A DNA stretch of 64,000 bases from Janthinobacterium lividum. Lineage in GTDB: Bacteria > Bacteroidota > Bacteroidia > Cytophagales > Hymenobacteraceae. The stretch is from contig JBPBQK010000039.1 of the NCBI GenBank assembly GCA_050954845.1, positions 37,783 through 101,782 on the forward strand, written 5' to 3'. Position numbers and translations under genes: made by a program. Below, piece after piece: positions 28,909-36,744 of the stretch; position 1 is the stretch's first letter, and each line of letters starts with the position of its first letter. The notes beneath the pieces are model-generated. The model saw only the letters and a program-made list of their open reading frames with translations, did no database searches and was not told the origin of the DNA.

Positions 28909-29850
28909 ATGCCTGATACCCCCATTCGCCTCGCTACCCGCGCCTCGCGTCTTGCCCTGTGGCAGACCGAGCACGTCGCCAGCCTCCTCAACCAAGCCGG
29001 CCTGCCCACCGAAATAGTACCCATGCAAACCGTGGGCGACCAAGTGCTCGACCGCTCGCTGGCCAAAATCGGGGCCAAGGGCGTCTTCACCGAAGAGCTG
29101 GAAGAAAGCCTGCGCCGTGGCGATACCCACTTGGCCATCCACTCGGCCAAAGACGTGCAAAGCACCATCCCGCCCGACCTGGAGCTACTCGCTTTTCTAG
29201 AGCGCGAGCAAGCTAACGACGTGGTTATCAGTTTTAAGGAGAATTTTGATATTACCCGCCCCGGCATCGTGCTTGGCACCAGCAGCACCCGCCGCAAAGC
29301 CCTGCTGCGCCGCTTCTACCCGCAGGCCAACACCGCCGAGGCTCGCGGCAACCTCCAGACCCGCGTGCGCAAACTCGAGGAGGGTCAGTACGATGCCTTG
29401 GTATTGGCTTATGCTGGCGTGCACCGCATGGGCTACGATGGCCTCATCCGGCACCACTTGCCCACCAGCCAGTTTGTGCCGCCCGTAGGCCAGGGTAGCA
29501 TCGCGGTCGAGTGCTCGCGCTTTTTGGATAGCGAGCTGAAAACTAAGATAAAGCAAGCTCTCGACCACCCGGTCACTCACCGCTGCCTGCTGGCCGAGCG
29601 CTCCTTTTTGCGGCGTATGGAAGGTGGGTGCAGCATTCCCTCGTTTGCCCTGGCCACGCTCACCGAGGCGGGCGATATCCACTTGCACGCCGGCATTGTC
29701 AGCCTCAGCGGCGAGGAGTACGTGGACTTTACGCAAACCGCACCCGCCGCGCAGGCCGAAGGTCTCGGCCTGGCCGTGGCCGAGCGCGTGCTAAGCCAGG
29801 GTGGCGAGGCCATTCTAGCCAGTATCCGCGAGCAGCGGGGCGAGTTGTAG
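28909..29850 (+). CDS. hemC: hydroxymethylbilane synthase
   Basis: TRASRLALWQT, GAKGVFTEELE, HSAKD, GTSSTRR, RGNLQTR. Confidence 0.96.
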   Translation: MPDTPIRLATRASRLALWQTEHVASLLNQAGLPTEIVPMQTVGDQVLDRSLAKIGAKGVFTEELEESLRRGDTHLAIHSAKDVQSTIPPDLELLAFLEREQANDVVISFKENFDITRPGIVLGTSSTRRKALLRRFYPQANTAEARGNLQTRVRKLEEGQYDALVLAYAGVHRMGYDGLIRHHLPTSQFVPPVGQGSIAVECSRFLDSELKTKIKQALDHPVTHRCLLAERSFLRRMEGGCSIPSFALATLTEAGDIHLHAGIVSLSGEEYVDFTQTAPAAQAEGLGLAVAERVLSQGGEAILASIREQRGEL

Positions 29851-29907
29851 CGCCTACGCCGCGCCGCCTATTTTTGCCCTTAGGTTGAATTTGATTATTC
29901 TTTGCCA

Positions 29908-30546
29908 ATGACTATTCGCTTGTCCCGCCTGTCTTTTCTGCTCGGGTTGCTGCTGCTGAGCTTACCCAGCCTGGCCATCAAAAGCCCGCTAAAAAGTAAG
30001 AAAGACGAAGTCGTCACCATCAGCACCAGCCTGGGTGATATTCGCCTTATCTTATTCACCGACACGCCGTTGCACCGGGCCAACTTTCTGAAGAAAGCTA
30101 AGGACGGCTTCTACAACGGCACCACCTTTCACCGCGTCATTCCGCAATTCATGGTGCAGGGCGGTGATGCCAATTCTAAAGACAGCGACCCCAACAACGA
30201 CGGCCAGGGCACGCCCAACGAGCCCACCATTCCGGCCGAGCTGGCTGCTGGCCACAAGCACGACTACGGGGCCGTGGCCGCCGCCCGCCAGGGCGATTTT
30301 GCTAACCCCCAGCGGGCCAGCAGCAGCACCCAGTTTTACCTGGTCGAAAACCACCAGGGCACGCACTTTCTCGATGGGCAGTACACCGTGTTTGGCCAAG
30401 TTATTCAGGGCCAAGAGGTAATCGATAAAATAGCGACGCTGCCCAAAGACGGCCGCGACCGCCCCCTCACCGACCTGAAAATGACGGTGAAAGTAGAAAA
30501 GCTCAAAAAGAAGAAAATCACCGCCCTCTACGGCTACAGCTATTAA
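29908..30546 (+). CDS. cyclophilin-type peptidyl-prolyl isomerase, secreted
   Basis: YNGTTFHRVIPQFMVQGGD, LDGQYTVFGQV. Confidence 0.93.
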   Translation: MTIRLSRLSFLLGLLLLSLPSLAIKSPLKSKKDEVVTISTSLGDIRLILFTDTPLHRANFLKKAKDGFYNGTTFHRVIPQFMVQGGDANSKDSDPNNDGQGTPNEPTIPAELAAGHKHDYGAVAAARQGDFANPQRASSSTQFYLVENHQGTHFLDGQYTVFGQVIQGQEVIDKIATLPKDGRDRPLTDLKMTVKVEKLKKKKITALYGYSY

Positions 30547-30613
30547 AGCAGTCCCGCGGGGCGGCGAGTTACCAAATCGGTAATTTGCCGCCCCGCTTCC
30601 TTTTCCTCTGTTC

Positions 30614-31525
30614 ATGAAAATTCTGCTCACCGGCTCCAATGGTTTGCTCGGCCAAAAGCTCGTCGGCTTGCTGCGCCAGCAGCCCGACGTGGCCCTTGTA
30701 GCCACCGCCCGCGGCCCAAACCGCCTGGCTGGCCTCTACCCCGACCTGTATTTTGTGCCGCTCGACGTGACCGATGCCGCCCAGGTGCGCCAGGTGCTAG
30801 CCCAGGAGCAGCCCACGCACCTCATCCACACCGCCGCTATGACCCAGGTCGATGACTGCGAGCTAAACCAAGCCGCCTGCTGGGCCCAGAATGTAACCGC
30901 CGTGCAGCACCTGGCCGACGCCTGCGCCGACCTCGGCATTCACCTCACCCATCTCAGTACCGACTTCATTTTCAACGGTAAAGAAGGCCCGCTGGCCGAA
31001 GATGCTCAGCCCGACCCCATCAGCCACTACGGCGCGAGCAAGTTGGCTGCTGAGCGCATCGTGCAGGCCACACCCGGCCTGCGCTGGGCTATTGCCCGCA
31101 CCGTGCTGGTGTATGGCACCGTGCACGGCGGCGGACGCAGCAACATCGTGCTGTGGGTACGCGACTCGCTGCGCAAAAGCCAGACTATTAAAGTGGTAAC
31201 CGACCAGTGGCGCACACCCACCCTAGCCGAAGACCTGGCCGAAGGCTGCTGGCTGCTAGCCCGGCACGCGGCCGAAGGCATCTACCACCTCAGTGGGCGC
31301 GAGCTGCTGACCCCTTTCCAGATGGCCGAGCAGGTCGCCGATTTCTTTGGCCTCGATAAGGTGTTGCTTACGCCCGTCGATAGCTCCACCTTTACCCAGC
31401 CCGCCCGCCGCCCGCCGCGCACGGGCTTTCTCATTGCCAAAGCCGAACGCGAGTTGGGCTACCAGCCGCGCACTTTCGCCCAAGGCATTGCACTGCTGGC
31501 GCAGCAAACCGACCCCACCACGTAG
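30614..31525 (+). CDS. RmlD-like extended SDR oxidoreductase
   Basis: GSNGLLG, HTAAMTQVD, STDFIF, YGASK, DQWRTPT. Confidence 0.88.
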   Translation: MKILLTGSNGLLGQKLVGLLRQQPDVALVATARGPNRLAGLYPDLYFVPLDVTDAAQVRQVLAQEQPTHLIHTAAMTQVDDCELNQAACWAQNVTAVQHLADACADLGIHLTHLSTDFIFNGKEGPLAEDAQPDPISHYGASKLAAERIVQATPGLRWAIARTVLVYGTVHGGGRSNIVLWVRDSLRKSQTIKVVTDQWRTPTLAEDLAEGCWLLARHAAEGIYHLSGRELLTPFQMAEQVADFFGLDKVLLTPVDSSTFTQPARRPPRTGFLIAKAERELGYQPRTFAQGIALLAQQTDPTT

Positions 31526-31537
31526 CACAGCCAAAGT

Positions 31538-31570
31538 AAAAAAACCCGTTGGCAATACCAACGGGTTTTT
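31538..31570 (+). terminator. intrinsic terminator
   Basis: aaaaacccgttgg-caata-ccaacgggttttt. Confidence 0.75.
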
Positions 31571-31691
31571 CAGCTATAAACCTTCCGCTTTTAAATAAGT
31601 CACTACTTAATACTGGACACCGAATAAACACTTAAATGGCAAGGCGCGCGACGTAGCCGGCGCTTGCAGGAAACTAAAAGCGCTAGTCTAC

Positions 31692-31898
31692 TTAGAGCTG
31701 CGAGGGCCAGAAGCCTACCAGCAAGCCACCGACCAGCAGGGCGGTGCGCTGGCGCAGAGCTGCCTCGCCCAGGGCGCGGGGTACCAGCCGCCCGTCGGGC
31801 GTCATAAAGTCGCGCTCGGCCGACAAGTAGGAAAAATCCTCGGCTAGCGCCCCAGCAGGCGAGATGGCTTGGTTGAAACAGTAGGTAGTGCTCATGAC
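31692..31898 (-). CDS. small hypothetical protein with C-terminal hydrophobic tail
   Basis: ATG near 31895-31898; GC-rich coding stretch next to AT-rich upstream DNA. Confidence 0.45.
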   Translation of the reverse strand, partial: VMSTTYCFNQAISPAGALAEDFSYLSAERDFMTPDGRLVPRALGEAALRQRTALLVGGLLVGFWPSQL

Positions 31899-32250
31899 AA
31901 ATAGTAGCAGATAAAAGGTAAGATGGCTAGGCAGCCAATAACTCAGTTTCGGATTCTGATACAATTTTAGCGGAGTCACTCAGCCCTCAAAAGGACAAAC
32001 CTGCGTTTTTTACGACATTGTATATTTTTGATATTTATGGGTCTAAAGCCCTAAAAAACCGTGTATAATTGAAAATTATAAACTGAACATTAGAAAAATA
32101 TTTGCTTTATATTATTGATTTTTAATAATTTAACTAAAAGACTGCGATTGAGCTTACCCTGGTTTTTTGTCAGAAAAGTGCATAAATAGGACATTGAAGC
32201 CCCTTCAAAGCAGGCCTTTTTACCTCGGTTTTTCTATAAAAAAGAGAGGA

Positions 32251-33246
32251 TTAGCGCGTTGCAAACGCGCGCGCCAGCCGCTGCAAGGCGAGCAGCGTAA
32301 GCAGCAAGGCCCCGCCCGCGCTGGCCAGCAGCCACCAGGCACCGGGCTCTTGGCGCAGCATACCGAGCAAGCGGCCCCAACTCGAAACATCGGGTGGCCG
32401 CCCAACCCCCAGAAAAGCCAGCGTGCTTTCGAGCCCAATAAGCCCGGCCAGACTGAGTGGCACGGTAGCTTGCAGGGGCCGGCAGGCGTGGGGCAGGGCG
32501 TGGCGCAGCCACACCCTGCCAGTGGACAGGCCCAGCGCGCGCGCCGCCTCCACAAAGGGTAACTCGCGTACTTGCTGCATCTGAGCCCGCACCTGCCGGG
32601 CGGGCTCGGGCCAGGCTACTACTACTAGCAGCACCAGCAGTTGCCCCGTGGCCAGGGGCGGCCCGGCGGCCAGCACAAGCACCAGTACCAGCCGGGGCAC
32701 GGCCCCAAGCAGGGTAATTGCCGTTTGGAAAAGGCTATCGAGCGGCAGCGGCCAAGTGGCGTGGCCCACCCAGCGCACCCGTGGCGCAACCCACCAAGCC
32801 AGCATGGCCGCCCCCAGCAACAAGCCCGCCACCGTGCGGCCACCGGGCAGGGCCACCAGCCACCACCCCACCGCTAGCCCCAGCAGCCACGCGCCCAGCG
32901 GCAGCCGCCAGCCCCGGTCGCCCCAAAAGCCAGCACTACCACCAGCCAGCGCCCCCACCAGCGCCGCCAGCAGGGCCGCCGGCAAACTTAGGATGGCCAC
33001 TTGGCGCGCCCCAAATAGTACCTCCGTCAGGACATCGCAGCCGAGCGGGTCGGTGCCCAGCCAGTGCCGGGGCGCGGCCCCCCAACTTGGTGGCTCGGCC
33101 ACGTGCAGCAGGTCGGGCACGCCGGGGGCGAAGGGCAGCGGTAGCCACGGCGCCAGCAGTCCCACGCCGCTCACTAGCACCAGCCAGCCAATGGCCAGCC
33201 AGGTAAGCCTCGAAAAGGCAACGTATGGAAACCGGCCTAAACGCAT
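32251..33246 (-). CDS. peptide/nickel ABC permease (DppC/OppC type)
   Basis: HWLGTDPLG.D and FVEAARALG (EAA loop). ATG 33246 overlaps the upstream permease stop. Confidence 0.88.
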   Translation of the reverse strand: MRLGRFPYVAFSRLTWLAIGWLVLVSGVGLLAPWLPLPFAPGVPDLLHVAEPPSWGAAPRHWLGTDPLGCDVLTEVLFGARQVAILSLPAALLAALVGALAGGSAGFWGDRGWRLPLGAWLLGLAVGWWLVALPGGRTVAGLLLGAAMLAWWVAPRVRWVGHATWPLPLDSLFQTAITLLGAVPRLVLVLVLAAGPPLATGQLLVLLVVVAWPEPARQVRAQMQQVRELPFVEAARALGLSTGRVWLRHALPHACRPLQATVPLSLAGLIGLESTLAFLGVGRPPDVSSWGRLLGMLRQEPGAWWLLASAGGALLLTLLALQRLARAFATR

Positions 33247-34304
33247 GAGGCAAGGCGAATGCGCGGGTCGACCAACGCTTGCAGGGCATCGGCCAGCGCC
33301 AAGCACAGCAGCCGCACCACCGCCGTGAACAGCACCCCAGCCACTACGACCGGGTAGTCGTGGGCGGCCGCCGACTCGGCTAGCAGGCGGCCCACGCCCG
33401 GGATGGCAAAAACCGTTTCTACCAGCACCGTGCCGGCCAGCAAAGTCGGCAGCAAGCCCGCGAAAGAGGTGAGCAGCGGCAGCAAGGCATTGGGCAGGGC
33501 GTGGCGGCGTAGCAGCGTAGCAGTGGGCACGCCCTTAGCGCGGGCCGTAGTGGCGTAGTCGGCTTGCAGCTCGCGGCGCAGCGCGGCGGCCAGCGGCAAA
33601 GTCAGCTCGGGCAAAACCGCCAGTACCAGCGTTAGCAGCGGCATAAGAAGCTGCAAGGCAAAGGCCCCCGGTGCCAGGTCGGCCGAGCCACTGCCCAGCG
33701 AATAGGCGGGTAACAGATTGAGCGCGTCGGGGTTAGCGAAAACAAAAAGTAGCCCCAGTGCCAAGGCAAATACCGGTATGCTCTGCAAGCTGGTAAGTAG
33801 CACCTGCAAGCCCGCTCGCCACCCCGTGGAGCCAGCTAGTGGGCCGCTCGCCAAGGCCAGCCCCAGCGCTAGTGCCCCCAGCCCGGCTACCACGGCGGCG
33901 GCGCCCGCCAGCGGCAGCGTATAGGCCAGGGCCGCGCGCAGCCGGGGGCCAATAGGCTGGCCATCGCGGTAAGACGCGCCCAACTGGCCGTGCAGCAGCC
34001 CCACTACCCAGTGGTGGTACTGATTATGTGTGCCGTGCCAACGCCAGGTAGCCGAGTCGCGGCTGGTGCGGGTGAGGTAAAAAACTGGCTCCGTAAGCCC
34101 CAAGCGCTGGCGCAGGGCCTGGCGGGCAGCTAGCTGGTCGGCTTGGCCAATGCTGCTGGCGTGCGCCCGCAAGTCATCGCTTTCCCCCAGCATAACTTCT
34201 TCGGCCCCCGCCACCAGTACCCGGCTCAGAATAAATACCAAGGAGGCCGTGGCCCAGGCGGCCAAGCCAGCCCGTCCTATTTGCAGCAGTAGCCAACGCC
34301 TCAT
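33237..34304 (-). CDS. peptide/nickel ABC permease (DppB/OppB type)
   Basis: LGASYRDG, YATTARAKG, RHALPNAL, VETVFAIPGVG, DYPVV. Confidence 0.9.
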   Translation of the reverse strand: MRRWLLLQIGRAGLAAWATASLVFILSRVLVAGAEEVMLGESDDLRAHASSIGQADQLAARQALRQRLGLTEPVFYLTRTSRDSATWRWHGTHNQYHHWVVGLLHGQLGASYRDGQPIGPRLRAALAYTLPLAGAAAVVAGLGALALGLALASGPLAGSTGWRAGLQVLLTSLQSIPVFALALGLLFVFANPDALNLLPAYSLGSGSADLAPGAFALQLLMPLLTLVLAVLPELTLPLAAALRRELQADYATTARAKGVPTATLLRRHALPNALLPLLTSFAGLLPTLLAGTVLVETVFAIPGVGRLLAESAAAHDYPVVVAGVLFTAVVRLLCLALADALQALVDPRIRLASCV

Positions 34305-34316
34305 ATCCCAGCAGGT

Positions 34317-36068
34317 TTAGCGAGCCAGGGCATCTGTTGTGGCGGCCCAGGTAGCAGCGGCGGCATAATAGCCTGGCTTATAGCCCGAGGGGTATAAATT
34401 CTGGAGGCCCCGGGCCGTAGTCAGGCGGTAGGGCAGAAAGAACAGTGGCATCAGTGGCATCTGCTGCTGCATTATCAGCTGGAAGCGCCGGAGCAGCCTG
34501 CGCTTGCGCGCCGGGTTTCCAGTTGCCGCAATAGCGTCGATGAGCTGGTCGGTAGCGCGAGTGCTAAATTTCGTGAAGTTGCTCTCCGGAATGGTGCGCG
34601 AATGCAGCAACGTCGTGAAGTTGAAGGCAAATGGGTTGCCGCTCAGCTTGCGTACATAGATGTCAAAGTCACCCTCGCGGAGGGTAGTAGTCAGGAGCGA
34701 AGGCTCGGTAGGCCGCAGCTCGACCGGGATGCCTAACTTGGTAGCAGCGCTTTTAAACTGAAGCGCAATGGTAGCAAACGTAGGTTCGTCGGTGCGGTAG
34801 CGAACTGTAAGGGACAGTTTCTCAATTGGCTGCGCTTTGGTGGCTGCGCTGCGCACCCAGCCCGTAGCCTGGCGCTGCCAGCCCGCTCGTTGCAGTAGCG
34901 CCAGTGCTTGTGCGGGAGCATAAGCGGGGAGGGGCAGGCTGTCATTATAATACAAGTGGTCGTTCGGGTGCACCAGCCCCACCGTGCGTAGCCCCTGGCC
35001 AAGCTGCGTGGCTTTCAGTAGATTAACTGGGTCAAACAGCAAGGCCAGTGCTTGCCGGGTCAGCGAATCGTGCAGGGCGGGCTGGCGGGTATTGAAGCCC
35101 GCCGTTACCAGCTCGTAAGAAGTAGTAGCGTAAAACGCCAACTCTTGCTGCGCCCCAGTAGCGGTCTGTAGGCGCTGAAACCCACGGGCCGACATCTGCG
35201 GTAGTACATCCAGCTCGTGGCGGCGCAGGGCCAGGGTCGCAGTTGCCTCGTCTGGAATGATGAGAAACTGAATCTGGGGCACCTGGGCTTGCAGCATAAA
35301 GGGCGTGGGCCGCAGCGCATTGGCCCACCAGTGGGGCTTGCGCACAAAGGTCAGGAAATGGTCTATCTCCCAGGTCTTCAGGCGGTAGGCCCCGCAGCCC
35401 GGCAGCCGCTCGGGGTGGTGGCTGGGGTCGGCGTGTTGGTAGCGCTGCACCAAGGCCTGCAGGGCAGTATCACGCTTGGTCAGCAGCGAAAGCTTAGTTA
35501 GCTTGGCCAGCGAGCAGTGGCGTAGCGTGCACTGGGGGTCAAGGGCAGCTTCGGGCAAAATAGGGAACTCGCCGGCCTCGTAGCTGTACTCGGGCGCTTG
35601 CCCCTGGCAAACCAGCGTAAACCGCCGTGGGTTGCCAGCATCCAGCCGGATGGCACGAATGAAGCTGAGCTGCGCCCGCACTTTTTCATTGGGCAGGCCG
35701 GGGCATTGATACAGCTTGAGCGTGAAGGCTACATCGCTGGCCAGCACCGGGCGGCCATTATCCCAGGTAGCAGCCCGGCGCAACTCGTAGCGTAGCTCGG
35801 TAAGCGAATCGCCTACCAAGCGTACGTTAGGCAACGAGTCGGCCAGGGCTGGGGAATAAGTACCCGTCAAAAAATTTACTTGCAGCAAGCTGCAATGCAA
35901 TAAACTCAGGGCATCTATTGCATTTTGGTTGGGCTGTACCAAGGGCGATAGGTTTTCGGGGTCGCGGACCCACCGAACCCGAATGCCGGTATGCTGCTGT
36001 TGCTTAGCTGGTAGCGAGCATGACCCGCTAACAATGGCCAGCAAGAGACCAACCCAAAATTGCTTCAT
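34317..36068 (-). CDS. family-5 (Opp/Dpp/Nik) substrate-binding lipoprotein
   Basis: Lipobox SGSC; 'TWDNGRPVLASDVAFTLK'; 'GCGAYRL..W'; 'VRQALA'-like segment; 583 aa. Confidence 0.9.
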   Translation of the reverse strand: MKQFWVGLLLAIVSGSCSLPAKQQQHTGIRVRWVRDPENLSPLVQPNQNAIDALSLLHCSLLQVNFLTGTYSPALADSLPNVRLVGDSLTELRYELRRAATWDNGRPVLASDVAFTLKLYQCPGLPNEKVRAQLSFIRAIRLDAGNPRRFTLVCQGQAPEYSYEAGEFPILPEAALDPQCTLRHCSLAKLTKLSLLTKRDTALQALVQRYQHADPSHHPERLPGCGAYRLKTWEIDHFLTFVRKPHWWANALRPTPFMLQAQVPQIQFLIIPDEATATLALRRHELDVLPQMSARGFQRLQTATGAQQELAFYATTSYELVTAGFNTRQPALHDSLTRQALALLFDPVNLLKATQLGQGLRTVGLVHPNDHLYYNDSLPLPAYAPAQALALLQRAGWQRQATGWVRSAATKAQPIEKLSLTVRYRTDEPTFATIALQFKSAATKLGIPVELRPTEPSLLTTTLREGDFDIYVRKLSGNPFAFNFTTLLHSRTIPESNFTKFSTRATDQLIDAIAATGNPARKRRLLRRFQLIMQQQMPLMPLFFLPYRLTTARGLQNLYPSGYKPGYYAAAATWAATTDALAR

Positions 36069-36127
36069 TTAACCAGCAGGGTAAAAATCAATGCCAGCAA
36101 GTTAACGAAGTATAAGGATTTACAAGC

Positions 36128-36379
36128 TTAGTCGTGGTCCCAGCCGCTGCCGCCGATGGTCGGGTCCGGGGCTGGCGAGCCAGTTGCGTCGTGGTCCCAG
36201 CCGCTGCCGCCGATGGTGGTAGAAGTGCCGGTTACGTCGTGGTCCCAGCCGCTACCACCGATGGCTTGCGTCGTGGTGGGGCCAGTTACATCATGGTCCC
36301 AGCCACTACCACCAATGTTGGTAGAAGTACCAGTGAGGGTAGCAAACTGCAGTAGGGCAAGTACAAGTAGGTCAAACAT
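36128..36379 (-). CDS. 83-aa secreted precursor with four IGGSGWDHD cores
   Basis: ATG 36379; hydrophobic leader MFDLLVLALLQFATLTG; four exact 9-aa repeats, the last at the C-terminus. Confidence 0.85.
   Translation of the reverse strand: MFDLLVLALLQFATLTGTSTNIGGSGWDHDVTGPTTTQAIGGSGWDHDVTGTSTTIGGSGWDHDATGSPAPDPTIGGSGWDHD
36131..36316 (-). repeat. four in-frame 27-bp coding repeats
   Basis: Units at 36131-36157, 36188-36214, 36236-36262 and 36290-36316; spacers 30, 21 and 27 nt; differences are synonymous only. Confidence 0.95.
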
Positions 36380-36443
36380 GGTAATTGAGGTGAGGGGGTA
36401 GATGATTAACTGATACAAAAGTCCTCACTTACTTAAGCCCAAC

Positions 36444-36472
36444 AAAGGACAATGTTTGTGAAAATAGGACAA
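36444..36472. promoter_or_regulatory. candidate operator: direct repeat A(A/T)AGGACAA with 20-bp period
   Basis: aaaggacaa at 36444 and ataggacaa at 36464, in the divergent intergenic region. Confidence 0.4.
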
Positions 36473-36744
36473 CGATTTTTATTGTATTATTTATAATTTT
36501 TACAAGCAAAAAGCAAGTTTTACTGCTTCTGCTGCGTAAAAATAGAATTTCCCGTGATGATTTTTTGCAAGAAAAAGTGGAAATTGTGACATCTCTTCGA
36601 TAAAAAAGCTCGCTCGTCCACTTTGCAAAGGTTTCAACTAAGCAGCTCGTAAAAAAAGGACAAAGTGGTTATTTTTTTATGTGCTAATTTTAGCACTTAT
36701 TCTAGTCCCAAAACCGCTATTTGGCCTGCTAGGGCGTTTTCTCT

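Noticed and set aside
36131-36316. CRISPR-like array (27-bp repeats with 21-30-nt unique spacers)
   Set aside because: The repeats differ only at synonymous codon positions, all spacers are multiples of 3, the array lies inside an ORF with a signal peptide, and no cas genes are present. It is a coding repeat.
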